From positions 113,584,001 to 113,648,000 of the forward strand of contig OZ024743.1 in the NCBI GenBank assembly GCA_964016885.1: a stretch of 64,000 nucleotides of DNA. Reading direction: 5' to 3'. A model generated the notes under the pieces. It saw nothing but the letters and a program-made list of their open reading frames with translations, was not told where the DNA came from and did no database searches. The translations under genes were made by a program, and so were the position numbers. Shown piece by piece: positions 12,191 through 24,769 of this stretch (positions are counted from its first letter, which is position 1; each line of letters starts with the position of its first letter). This DNA is from Eledone cirrhosa (Eukaryota).

Positions 12191-13407
12191 ATTTTATGAG
12201 CAGGTTGTTCTCTTGATAAAAACATAGAACACTGATCGTCGAAACTGACGGAGGCCCGTCCCATGTACATAAACTGTGATGACATTTGATCATAAAATTC
12301 AAGAGAAATAATCCTAGGATACCAGAGGAATGGAAAATAAATAACATTTAGGAGTAAACCAGTCCATATGTTTTAGAAAGATGAATAATATATCAAGCTT
12401 TGAACAAGGATATTCAGTAGAATTGGTAGTAAAAGTGGTGGTTTGTGTCAGCATGAACCATTTGGGAAACAAACAAAAGTGTTGTACATAGGTGTACAGG
12501 GAGAAGAATAGAGAGAATAACATTTCTTCCCTGCTGAAAAGGGGAAATGGGGTCCCTGTTAACCTGAAACTTTAGCCTGTATTTCCTCTTATGGCACATC
12601 AATACACACAGTTTTTGTTTATATTGTCTGATATAGGATGTTGATATAGAACCTTACTGTATAGATTTGGGTGTGTCATTTACAGTATGTCAGGTCAGAA
12701 ACTGTTGATTCTGTTTTACTTGCTGATCTCATCACATTGTTTAAAATATCTGAGAAGAGTTATTAAGATTATTGTGTCTTACACTATTAACCTCATCTTC
12801 ACTGATGAAAGATTATTTTCATATTTATAACTGTATTAGATTTTAATCCATTTGATCCCCATCAACATCAGGTGGCATATTTCTAGGTATTTACATAGTA
12901 CAGGACTGGGTTTAAAGCAGGAACCTTTACTTCTAAATTTAGTCCACACTGTAAGGTGTGATGACAAAAAGCACCCAGTACTCACTGTAAATGTGGTTGG
13001 TGTTAGGAGGGGCATCCAGCTGTAGAAACCAAGCCCAAATCAGCAAAACATGGTCCTCTGACCTGATTCTCTCCCAAAGGGTCAGTCCGCCCTACCTATG
13101 CTAGCATGGAAAATGGACGTTAAATGATGATGATGATGATATATATATATATAGAATCTTTCTTTATTTGCCACAGGAGCGTACAAAAATGGGGCATTAC
13201 AAGACGTAACGGCGGGGATTTTACATAAAAATAACTTTAACATTAATAAATAACAATAAACTATATATAATAAAATAACAATTGAAATCCCCAATAGGAG
13301 GGAATGTTACTGCAGGGTTGTTTTATACCCCGTGGACAGAACAACCCTCAACACCAGGAACACGTTTTGTAGGTGTTCCTGTCTTCCCTCTGTTTATCTT
13401 CCTCAAC

Positions 13408-16400
13408 CTACAAGTTTATATACAGAGAAGGCCCATTCACTCGGGCCATTTTTGCCACATTCACCCACCTTTCAGCGAATTTACTGGGGTGTAGCACCTC
13501 TCTCTGCACTCTCACCTTGCTTGTGAAGTGATACTTAAAGAAGGCGATAAGTTGTTGTCCGGAGAGAAAGGTGCTTGCCCTCTGTCCTTTTAACCTCGTC
13601 CACCATATTACCTCTTTCGCCATAGCCACCAGACAGAGGAAAACCACCTCTCCTTCATTCTTAAATGAAGGCGGCGGGGTGATCCTCACGATGGACTCGG
13701 CTGACAACTGGATGCATCCCACACGTGACAGTAGCTGTTCGACATAATTCCACAGGTCGGTCACCCCTGGGCTCTGAACAATTGCGTGCAGAACGATTTC
13801 GATGTCCTGCTTGCATCTTGGACAGTTCCTATTAGCAGGATCTCTGCCAGGGCGTCCGTGCCAGTAGATTTTGTCTCAAACTGGTAGAGCTCCTCGGTAG
13901 CACTGCCAGGCCAGAGACCTCTGGAAGTTATCCATAGGCCCTGGACGGAAAGTCCTCTCGAACAGACTGGTCAGTTCGTCCTCTTCGATGCCTAGAGTTT
14001 TCCCAAGAATGTTGTTGCACTTATCCTCCACTAATCCCCTATAGAATGTCGAAGTGTAGGCGTTCCATTTTGGTAAGGTATTCGTGGGGGCAAGGCACGA
14101 CTGTCAAGCGGTAGTAGATGACGTAAGTGTTCGCCACCTCCGTTCAACCTTTCAAGGAGAGTTTGCACTCAGCCCACTTCTGGGTGAGTGCAAACACCTT
14201 CGCCGTGACCTCATTCCAGTTTTTGTCCACCTGGAGGTCTGGACCAAACCAGACTCCGAGCAATTTCACCGGTCCTTCCGTCCAGCATCCAACGACACTG
14301 TCGGAAGGCATGGGTTTGCCTCTCCATGTGCCCAGTTGCAAACCGACAGACTTGTTTGGGTTTAGTCTTGCTCCTGTCAACGTTTCGTATTCCTGTAATA
14401 GGTTGCCGATTAACCTGATTTCCAAGGTTTTCGACACCATTACGCTTATGTCGTCGGCATAGGCTGACGCTACTTTCCGCAGTCCTGGTTTGATCGGGGT
14501 ACCCTGCAACAGCTCCAATTTCCGCAGTAACGGCTCGAGAGTCAGTACATACAGAATGGAGGAGAGAGGGCATCCCTGACGGATGGAACGCATGATTTGG
14601 AATGGCTCTGTTAGGTAGCCATTCACCTTAACTGCCAAGCAGATGCTGGTGTGCATGGCAGCGATCCAGCCTCTCAAGACCAGACCAAAGCCGGCCGCCT
14701 TGAGAACTGCTTCCAAGTATTGATGGTCGACCCTATCAAACGCCTTAGACTGATCTAAATTGATCAGAGCCCCACCAAAGCCAGGTTTACACCCTACCTT
14801 CTCTATGATGTATCGCATGAGGTGGAGGTTGTTGTGTATGGACCTGGTCAGGATTGCACACATTTGGGCTTCCCCTACCAGGTTCTCGACGACAAGCACC
14901 AGCCTTGCTGCCAATACCTTGGCCAAAATCTTTAACTCTGTGTTGAGTAGAGTTGTGGGCCTGAAATTGCTTATCTCATCCCCCTTGTTCTCATCTTTCC
15001 ATTCTGCTGCCAGTTGCAGTAGACCACTTCGAGGACGCCAGAGAACAAGTCTGGCATGCCTATGTAAAACTCATAGGTAGACCATCTAAACCGGGTGATT
15101 TGCATTTCCCACAGCGGCCTAGGGCATCTTCTATTTCACCCGCTGTGATCAGCCTTTTGCAGCTCTCCGCATCCGTGCTTGAGAGTCGTGGTATGCCGTC
15201 GAGGTAGGAGCTGAAGTCGATCACCTCCCTTGATGTACCACTTTGCCCAAAATGCTGCTGGAAGGCCGTGCACATCTGCTTGGATTCAAGTATAATGCAT
15301 CCATCTTTGTCTTGCAAAGACCGAATTGTGGATTTGTTGCCACTTTTTGCCTCTGCCACTCGAGCCCAGCTAACAGCTTTGGCTCCCTCGTTTCTTAGAG
15401 CACGTGTTCTACTTCTGACAATACAACCTTCGTGTTTCACGTTGAAGAACTGATCTAGTGCCGTTCTCGCCGCTAGCTCATCAGCTGTACTGCCATTCCT
15501 AAGTGCCTCTTCTATTTTAGCTACCTGTTTCTTTTCAGTTTTGTTTTTTTCTAAAGCTACTTCCTTGCTAAATGCTATTGATTCCATTCTAATTGCTCTC
15601 TTGAGAGAGCTGTTGTTGACGATCACCCCCATCAACTGGCACTTAACTAAGGTGATAATCCGTTTACTGTAGGCCTTATGCGCCAGGAGCGACATGTTTA
15701 GCTTCCAGTATCCGGGTCCCTGTCTATGTGTTCTACGAAGGTTGACTACGCAGGTGACTAATTTGTGGTCTGAATAGGCAACCATGTGCATTCTGGACAG
15801 CTTAATGTTTCCTTATCATTCCGTCTAATTAAAAATCTATTTAAATACGATCTAGAAGACCAAGTGCGGTTGCTCCACGTCCACAGTGGTGCTCTTGGGA
15901 AGTCTAGTCGATATCTATCAGCCAGTTGGGATTGGCTGATGAGACTTTTGAGGCTATTACCCCCCCCCCCCCCCCTCTATTATCACAAGCTCCTACATAG
16001 TCCCAACGTGCGTCTAAGATGCCATTCCAGTCCCCTGCTAATACTAAGGAGCGAGACGTTCCCAGGAATGGCTCCAGACGCTTGAAGAACTCTAGTCGCG
16101 ATGTCCCAGTCGGGGCATATACAGCCACCAGTCTGAAAGCTCTACCTTCACTACCATTCACGTCCAGGACCACCAGGCTGCCCTCCGGGTCCAAGTGAAT
16201 TGTCTGTATTTTGAGATCCAAGTTTTTTTGAAACAGAAAAGCAACTCCCCCTCCACCTCCTGGCTGACAGAGAGATGTGTAGATCTCAAAATCATCGAAC
16301 ATAGGGATTAGCTGCTGCTTGTCGTGAATCCTGGACTCTGTGATGGCTATCATATCTATACAATGTGACCTGAGATCATTTAAAAGCTGGCCCTATTTCC

Positions 16401-16452
16401 AGGACATGCCCAGGCCACGTACATTCAAACATCCAGCTTGTATAGTCGCCAT
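13408..16452 (-). pseudogene. Tx1-like ORF2 (AP endonuclease, reverse transcriptase, C-terminal Cys motif), disrupted by stops and frameshifts
   Basis: CLNVRGL, AVYAP, LAGDWN, YSDH, GPGYWKLN, KSPGLDGLP, LDQSKAFDRVDH, RQGCPLS, AYADD, CPRC..LH. Confidence 0.92.
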
Positions 16453-16489
16453 GTTGGTGAAGAAGAGTTAAGGAGAGAAAAGGCAGGAA

Positions 16490-18318
16490 CACTTACCTTT
16501 TCATTTCCTGGATCTTCATGTCCAGATTGGTGGTGTTTGGGGAGGGAGGGAATCCTTTTAGCAGGACACGGTTAAGGGGCTTTTGGCAAGGGTGGCCCAC
16601 ATCATGTGGGAAGTTCTCTTTTAAAGTTTCATACTGTAGGGTTGTTACCCTGATAAATTTGAGGTTTGGGGGTGGGTCGTGGTGGAGAAGGTTTCCCCTT
16701 CCGTTTGTATTGTGGGGTCCTTTAGGACAGTTTCCACCAGTTCTTTGTTTCTTGTTTTTATGTATGTGTAATGTGTTTTGTTTTTTATGTGTACTGTTTC
16801 TGTTTGCAGTTTTTTTTTTGTGGTTGGGGTTTGTGATTGTGGTGGTGTGGGTGTTTATTTTGTTGGTGAAGTGTTTGGTTGTGTTGGTGGTGATTGTGTT
16901 GTTGGTGTGTTTGTCATTTGTGGCGGTGTGTTTATGGTAGGGTTGGGTGTGTGCATGTTTTCTGTAGATGTTTTTGTGTCTTTTTTGTCTCTTTTTTGTT
17001 TTTTAGATTTTTGGGGTTCCTCTTCATTCTCACTTGGAGATATAGATATTCCCGTGTCTGAGACTTCTGAATCAGGGGTAGATGGGAGGGGTATGTTGTG
17101 TGGTGGAGTGTTTATGCAGGTGTTTGTGGATGTATTTGACAGGGAGGGAGGAGGTAATGGAGGGTTTTTTAGTGGGATTTTGTGTGTTTGGTTGTCTCTG
17201 GTCTGTGGTGGTGTGGGATTAGATATTGCAGGTGTTTGTGTTGTGTTTGGTTTGGGGTTTTGGCGTTGGTAATAACACCTCGTTTGTCCTCGGTTTGTTT
17301 AAGAGAGGGCAAAAGGCCTTTAAGTGTGTGGTTTTCCCACACTTATGGCACTGAGGTCTTTTCCCCTCCACTAAAATGGAGATGACATCTTCCTCAAGGA
17401 TGATCCTGCCTGGTATTTTCTCAACTCTCTCTGGCCTCATTTGTACCAGAACCTCGATGCAGGTTCCAAACCAGTTATTCCGGTCTATCCTGTCTACAGA
17501 TAGGAGGGTGTCCTCATCCTTCTTCAGGATGCAGTGTAGGATCCACCATATGTTGACCTCTGCTGGGATCCTGGCTATTTTTATTTTGTAGGATCTTCTT
17601 CCCATGTATGTGGGGAAGAAGATGTGTTGATCTGTTTTTATTGGGTGAACCGAGTGTTTTTGTGCCAGAGTCTCACTCTTAAAGAGCACTGACACACTTC
17701 CATACTGTTTACCTCTTTGGAGGTATGCCACGTCTGGCTTGATATCTTTTAGTGCAGCTTCGATAGTGTTTGTTGGGAGCGTTATGGGTTTTTTGGTAGT
17801 GATGTCAACTGTTCTATAAATTAGTTTCTTTTTCTGTGTATGTATGGGGTGTCTCCCTCAAACGTCACATAGTTGGAAGCTTCTTCCAAATATTGGGACT
17901 TTTGGGAAATGTCCATGGAGTAATATTTAAAATCCTGTTACTTAGCAACGGTTGCTGCAAATGAAATTTTGTTATTGTTGTTGTTGGTGGTGATGATGGG
18001 CTCATTTGTTGTGTTCCCGCTGATTCCTTTTGTTGTGTTGTTGTTGTTCTCATTTATTGTTTTGTTGTTGTTGTTGCTTGTGGTGGTGTTAGTATTTGCT
18101 ACATATACTTCCTTCTGTGTGTGGATACTTGTGACGTCAGGCAGGCGTGTCCAGTTGCTTACAAGCAGCTGAAGCTTGTACTTCTTCTAAATGTTGAGGC
18201 GATAATGTTGGCATTCCTTTGTCCATGTTTGCTACTACCTGCTGGTCAAGTAGGCATGGCTTTCCCTTCCCATCTTCTTGTATTGACAAAGAAGTAGGTG
18301 CCTTTGTTTTGGCCATTT
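16490..18318 (-). pseudogene. Tx1-like ORF1 (gag-like RNA-binding protein), disrupted
   Basis: 17219-17731 frame contains CHKCGKTTHLKAFC (CX2CX4HX4C), followed by a T/K/N/P-rich low-complexity region; candidate ATG near 18318. Confidence 0.8.
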
Positions 18319-18660
18319 AAAAAAAATTGAAGTGTTTTGCAAAAATATTTTCGAAGATATGTTGGATTTTTTTTGCCCTGAGGGGCACGATATTTTGGGA
18401 GAATGACCAGATCAAAATTTGACCTGTCAGTCCCTCTACAAATTGGTATAAAAATAAAAGTTCACAATGACGAATTTCTAAAGAAATTTAAACAAAACTT
18501 ACCGAGCAAGTTTAACACATATGTCCATTTATTTCATGTGTTCCTAGATAGATAGATAGATAATAGTAGAGCACTGGTGGGTTATATCTGTAGTAGTAGA
18601 GCACTCAGTCCATGGGACGAGTTAGGTAGAGATAGTTCCACAACAGTTAATTCACCATTT

Positions 18661-18701
18661 CCGAGAACAATTGTTTTACCTTAGTCGGATCATCAGCTCA
18701 G
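18661..18701 (-). ncRNA. Minimal type-I hammerhead ribozyme-like motif (G12 mutated)
   Basis: Minus strand ctgag-CTGATGA-tcc gactaa ggt-AAAA-caattg-TT-ctcgg: stem I, stem II and palindromic stem III all pair. Confidence 0.55.
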
Positions 18702-19418
18702 TTTATATATATATATATATATACTTGTCTGTGTCACCTTTCTTGTTTTGCTCACTCATTCCTCCTTTCCCATCACTCACTAGTTTCGTTTTTTTCTTTA
18801 CTTGGTCTACCTTTATTTTCTGTATCTATCTTTTGTGATCTTGTCTCTATTTTTGTATTCCTGAAGAAGGGCTAAAACCCAACACGTTGAACTTTCTTTC
18901 CCCTTTTCTATATAAAGTATGAAACTAAAGACTTTTTGTACCTATGTTTTGTCGTATTCTTGACGAGTATATATATATATACACACACACACAGATATAT
19001 ATAGATATATATATAATAGTAAAATACCTGGTGCTAATTGAAGATGAAACTGATGAAAATGTAGTGTAGATGTAAATATTTAACAGTTTTGATATAAACT
19101 ACCTGAAACTACCCTTGGTTCAACAATGTAAATCTATTATAATTTTATGTAATAATTTTAATTAGATTTTCTTCCAAACACCAATTTAATGAAAAAGTTA
19201 GTTATATTACTAAATCCACTTAAATTCTTCATTATTTTCAAAGCTATTTGGAAATAAAGACAGTATCTTTCATTAGAAATATGTTATTTTTAATAATAAT
19301 TTTCAGAATGTTTATTAAACTAACAATATGAAATTGTGGCTGAAATTAAGGTATGTTGTGTGATTTATTGTTTTATTTAATATGAGGTGAAGGGGGGAAA
19401 TAAAGATTAGAGAGGTAT

Positions 19419-19461
<43 letters not shown>

Positions 19462-19676
19462 CATATCAGCAGCAGCAGTAGCATAACTATTTAACGTCTA
19501 TTTTTCCATGCTAGCATAGGTTAGATGAGTTGTTCAGATGTGAACCAAGCCAGAGCAGATGACCATCTCCAGCTCACACTGGACCAATTTTGACTTGGTT
19601 TCTATAGCTGTATGCCTTTCCTGACGCTGACCACATTTACAGAGTGAATGGGTGATTTTTGTTGTGTCACCTACAC

Positions 19677-21597
19677 CAGTGGTCGCCAACCTTTCTAAAA
19701 CCGAGGAACCCTCTAAATATTTTGAATTCTTCACGGAACCTATACAATACAAAACTTTTCAAAAAAAAATAATAAAGTATTTATTTATTTTAGTGTTTCA
19801 TGTGTGTGTATGTAATCGAACACAATTAACTAGTGGCTTTTCTGCTGCTGCGCCTCATCAGTGAGTTTAGAAAATCGAGGTTCAACACTAGTTAATGCCA
19901 GTCTCATACACTCGTCAATTTCTGACAGTTTATTCATCTTCTTTGTGCAGATTTCTACCAACTGCGAAACCCCTTCGCACAAGTAGCTAGATGGGAATAA
20001 AGTCAAATATTTCAATGCAAGTTGGCTGATTTCATTAAACTACCCAATCAAGAATAAGTCGATCCATAGTTCTTTCTTTCTGCTTTCGAATATCACTTTC
20101 AGGTCTTCGTTTGAATTCAAACCCATCAACTGATATAAGCATTGTGCAGGTAGTAAACTTTTACAATTTCCAGCATCATTTTCTGACACTAACTGCTCGA
20201 TCTCGGTGAACGGGTTTTTTATCCATAAATTTCCGCTAACAATATCTTTTTCCATCAAGTCAAAATAATCTGAAAAACTTGTGGAAAGCACATTTAAATG
20301 AGAAAGAATAATCTTCTTTAGATTGCTGGAGTCAAAATCTTCTCTCTTTTTAAGCTCTATTTCAAGGTTTGAAAGTAATGAGTAATTGTCCGATTCAATT
20401 CTTTTTATAAAGATGTTTAATTTTGATTGAAAATATGTAATAAAATTGATTGAAGTAAAAATATCTGCATTGTTACCCTGAAGACACTTATTTAGTTTGT
20501 TCAGTTCACCAAAAATGTCTACTAAATAAGCGAGTTGCACATTCTATTCATTGGTTTCTAATACACTTGCTCTTTCATCATTCTGTTTTTTTAGAAAAAC
20601 TATTATTTCTTTTCTCAGTTCAAAAACTCTCTTCATAGCATCCCCAAAAGACAGCCAACGCACATCATTGTTCAATAACAATCTATTATAATTACTTCCA
20701 GAAGATTCACAAATAGATTCAAACATTCTAGAATTTTTTGCTCTTGCATGGATCAAATTGATAATTTTGACAATGTCTTTCAGCTGGTCATTTAATATTT
20801 GAGCATCTCTGTCTTTGAATTTTTTTGAACACAAAACCTCTCGATGAATCATACAATGATTTGAAATACAATTTGGGGTCTGTTCTTTAATTTTTGCAAT
20901 CAAACCAGAATTTTTACCAGTCATTGCAGCGGCTCCATCTGTTGTTATTGAAGTCAACTTGCTCCAAGATACACCATTTAAAAAAAAATACTCTTCAATT
21001 TTATTGAATATATCTTGACCTTTAGTTGTGATGTCTAATACCAGACAAAACAAATACTCTTCTACTAATTCTTTTTTATCAAGGTCTACAAACCGTACAT
21101 AGCAAATTAATTGAGCCTTGTTATTAATAACCGTAGTTTCGTCCACTTGCAGACCAAAACATGTGCTTTTCATTAGTGCAGTTAGTATCTGATTTTCTAT
21201 ATCAGAAGAAATATCAATTATCCTTTTTTTTACGGTATTTGCTGACAATGGTAACTGGCTTAATTTTTCTTTGTCCTTACGGAATTCAGAAAACTATGTC
21301 TTTCCAAGAATTGATGTGAAATTGAAAGTATTCAATTTTCACGAATCTCAGAACAGTGTTTTTCTGCTAATTCAAGTGAGAAACTGAAAGTAGTGTTTTC
21401 CACGAATTGGAGTGGCGAACCTGTGTACACTACAATATTACTCGTTCATTTATACATTGCACCTTTGGCATTTTCTTTGCACCTTTTTCAGAAAACCCAA
21501 AATATTAATGGTAATGTAAATATTTATTTTTTTAAGGAACCCGGAGTTTGTTTTACGGAACCCCAAGGTTCCGCGGAACCCATGTTGGCGACCACTG
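19677..21597 (-). mobile_element. hAT DNA transposon, Buster/Charlie type, internally deleted
   Basis: Perfect 14-bp TIR CAGTGGTCGCCAAC / GTTGGCGACCACTG; 8-bp TSD ACCTACAC at 19669-19676 and 21598-21605; inserted into an RTE-derived repeat. Confidence 0.95.
19830..21280 (-). pseudogene. hAT (Buster/ZBED8/SCAND3-like) transposase lacking the N-terminal BED region
   Basis: QVDETT, TTDGAAAMTG, HCMIHRE, VRWLS, LAYLVDIF, FPSSYLCE; in-frame stop at ~20544 and a break near 20040. Confidence 0.9.
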
Positions 21598-21792
21598 ACC
21601 TACACAACCACTTTACAGTGTAAACTGGGCACATTTGTCATGGCACCAGAAACGACTACTTTGCAGTGTGGGCTGGAAACTTAGGTGGGGGAGATTGGAG
21701 TGGGTGGGTAAATCTAGGGTGTGGGAAGGGGTGAAGTGTTCAGGCATGGGTGTAGATGGAGGGGACAGTAGTGCATACAAGATATATTTTTA

Positions 21793-21878
<86 letters not shown>

Positions 21879-21979
21879 TAAAAAAATAATGAATAAAACA
21901 AAGAAACAGTTCCTTATATTAAACAAAAAAAGTTCATTATCGTTTCTAGGACATATATGTGTTAGAATTGGCATGCATA

Positions 21980-22031
<52 letters not shown>

Positions 22032-22071
22032 TAGATAGATACATATATATAGATAGATACACATATATATG

Positions 22072-22420
22072 TGAAGGCACATGGCTTAATGGTTAGAGTG
22101 TTGAGCTCAAAACTTGACCTTTTGTTTAGCATGCTGGATGCTTTTTTTTTTATCGCCAACCACTTTACATATATATATGATGCATTGTGTCCTTGAGCAA
22201 GACACTTTATTTCATGTTGCGCCACTTCACTTAGCTGTAGAAATGAGTTGTGACATCACTGGTGCCAAACTGTATCGGATATTGCATTTCTCTTGGACAT
22301 CATTGGTGGTATGGGGAGGGGAGGCTGGCATGCATGGACAACTGCTGGTCTTCCATAAACAACTTTGCTCAAACTTGTGCCTCAGAGGGGAACTTTCTTG
22401 GTGCAAATCTTATGGTCATT
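22072..22420 (+). mobile_element. CORE-SINE with a different tail, interrupted near 22115-22180
   Basis: Head ATGGCTTAATGGTTAGAG, CORE GTCCTTGAGCAAGACACTTTATTTCA, tail unlike the RTE-tailed family. Confidence 0.65.
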
Positions 22421-22423
22421 TAT

Positions 22424-22740
22424 ATGGCTTAGTGGTTAGAGCATTGGCCTTGCAATCGAAAGGTTGTGAGTTCAATTCTCAGACTGGGTGATGTGTTGTT
22501 TCCTTGAGCAAGACACTTTATTTCACATTGCTCCAGTTTACTCAGCTGTAGAAATGAGATGCAAAGTGGTCGTGGAGGTGCCACGGCAAAAAAGCACCCA
22601 GCACTCACTGTAAATGAGGTTGGTGTTAGGAAGGGCATCCAGCTGTAGAAATCAAGCCAGAATCAGTTCCCATCCCACCCTTGCAAGCAGGGAAAAGCGG
22701 ACAGTAAAATGAAATGATGATGATGATGATGATGATGATT
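22424..22740 (+). mobile_element. Young CORE-SINE with RTE-derived tail
   Basis: Near-identical reverse complement of 11348-11692. Confidence 0.85.
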
Positions 22741-23334
22741 TCACTGCAATTTGTAAAATTCATAAGGAATACCAATTGTCATCTTCTCTCTCCTTGAATT
22801 ATGTTCTCTCTTTCTCATTCCTTTCCTTTTTCAGTAACCCCTTGCATTTAGTGACTTTATTGCCTTGCTTGGGATGAGTAAATTAAAATGTGTGTGTGTG
22901 TGTCTGTGTGTGAAAGGATTTATAAAAAGTTTATTAAAAAAATTTATTATTGAAATTTCTGACTTGAAGAAATATTATTTTAGAAATTTTTTCTGAAGTA
23001 ATTTTCTAAATAACAACTTATTAATAAAAAGTTAACTTTTTTTATTTTCTCTAAATGTTTGGTTACTTTCAAAATTAATTGAAACAGCATTAGTGTTAAG
23101 AAGGGCATCCAGCTGTAAAAAAAAAACCCCTGCCAAATTTACAGTCCTGTGAAAGCAAGGTACGGCATGTCTAATCCTGAACAGATTTGTCTCTTGACGT
23201 GGACGACCTGTCTAGCCCATGCAAGCATGAAAAAATGGGCGTAAAACGGTGATGATGATGATTATGATAAACAATGTAATTCCCTAGAAATACTGTAATG
23301 TAAGGTTTAACTCTGAAAAGTCATATATTCATAT

Positions 23335-23495
23335 CAGGGCCGTCTTAACACATGGGCACGCTGGGCAGTTGCCCGGTGCCCCCACGAGGATAGGGGGGCC
23401 CATTTGTATTTTTATTCCTGTGAGTGGTTGTGTAGGTAGGGGCCCCAGTGCTTTGCTTTGCCCGGGGGGCCTATAATGCTGTTAAGATGGCCCTG
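23335..23495. mobile_element. hAT-type MITE
   Basis: TIR CAGGGCCGTCTTAAC / GTTAAGATGGCCCTG; 8-bp TSD ATTCATAT. Confidence 0.9.
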
Positions 23496-23977
23496 ATTCA
23501 TATATATTTATAAGTCTGTGGAAATGTATTCATCTTAGATAAATTTCCTATATTTTGTGTTTGAAATTTAAAAAAAACTTCTGTTTTATCTTTTCAATAT
23601 TTACTTCAGATATATTTGTTCTTGTGTCAGGACTTAATTTCTTTTGGCTAAAGGAAATATTGTATTTCCTGTTACACTCTTCTCCTTCCTTGCCCAAGTT
23701 CTTGTGGGGTGGGGTTGTGAATATACTCCAAGATAAAGATATGATGAGAGCCTGGTTGCACCTGTGGCTTCTTTTCACCACCTTTAATGTTTCCTGAGTA
23801 AGAAAGAATCTGGTAGTGTAGTGTCTTTCTCTCCTTCTCTATCAAATGTCATGCTCAGAGGTAATAGAGTATAGAATTGCTTGGATATCACACACATAGT
23901 ATGTGACTAAATACTGTGTCATTTAGTTCAGAGTAAGAAATAAAGTTCTCTACTATTTGTATTCTTGATGCATTCAC

Positions 23978-24283
23978 CTCTACCACTTCCACTATTACTA
24001 CCACTAATGGTACCAACACCAACAACATTACAAACACTACTACCATCACAACCATTACCAACACTATTAAAACTACCACAACCACTATCATTACTACTAC
24101 CACAACCACAACTACTATCATTACCTGCACTAATACCAATACCACTACCACAGTCACTACAACTTCTATTACTAACAACACCACTACTACCTACACCACT
24201 ACCATTACCACCACCACCATTACCAACAGCACTATTACAACCACTACCACCATCATCACCACCACCATCACCACCACCATTAC
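23978..24283. repeat. Degenerate (ACT/ACC)n trinucleotide repeat
   Basis: Direct inspection; source of the poly-V/P ORFs. Confidence 0.9.
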
Positions 24284-24769
24284 TTAGCTGTCATTAAACT
24301 CAGTTGCCACTTCACAAATGATTCCAAAGCAAGGGTCAGCTAAGTCTAACCTAAAAATTATTAACTAGAACTGAGAAATGAAGAATAGCTTCCTTTTTCT
24401 CTAGGGAATCTGATACTTAAAGCTATCAGAGCCCTTTTCCTAAATGTATCCATTTAAAGGGAAACAGCTTGATAAGAGAATCCCCTTATTTTCATAAATG
24501 AGATCTTATAAATAGAGATTAAAAATATTTCAAAAGAGAGATGAGGGATGTATTTATGTAGGTTAACCCCCCCTTTTAGACATAGATCTACTACAAGCCC
24601 CAACACTACACCAAACAATTAGACATCTACTGTCAGACAAATAGACTAAAAACAGAACTAAATTATATCTATCATCATAACTTCTTGTGGTTGCTCTATC
24701 TGCCATAAATAGTAACCAAATCTCCTTCAAACTACCTGCTACATTGTGAAAACGGAGACATGGATAATG

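Larger units (their letters stand above)
13153..18704 (-). mobile_element. Near full-length decayed Tx1/L1-clade non-LTR retrotransposon flanked by (TA)n
   Basis: ORF1 with CCHC knuckle plus ORF2 APE-RT-zinc finger; AATAAA near the 3' end; TA runs at both borders; 5' limit approximate. Confidence 0.9.

Noticed and set aside
12200-12610. Possible coding exon in unique-looking sequence
   Set aside because: Only short ORFs, with no recognisable domain or convincing splice pair.
16518-17272. Hydrophobic plus-strand ORFs resembling membrane proteins
   Set aside because: They are the antisense of the low-complexity part of Tx1 ORF1.
20040-21248. Domesticated ZBED/SCAND3-like host gene
   Set aside because: Intact TIRs and TSD plus an in-frame stop indicate a transposon copy.
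22424-22495. tRNA gene
   Set aside because: The A/B boxes are a SINE head continuing into CORE and recurring in several copies; I see no proper acceptor stem.
23888-24297. Mucin-like or poly-Val ORFs
   Set aside because: Trinucleotide repeat with no supporting gene structure.
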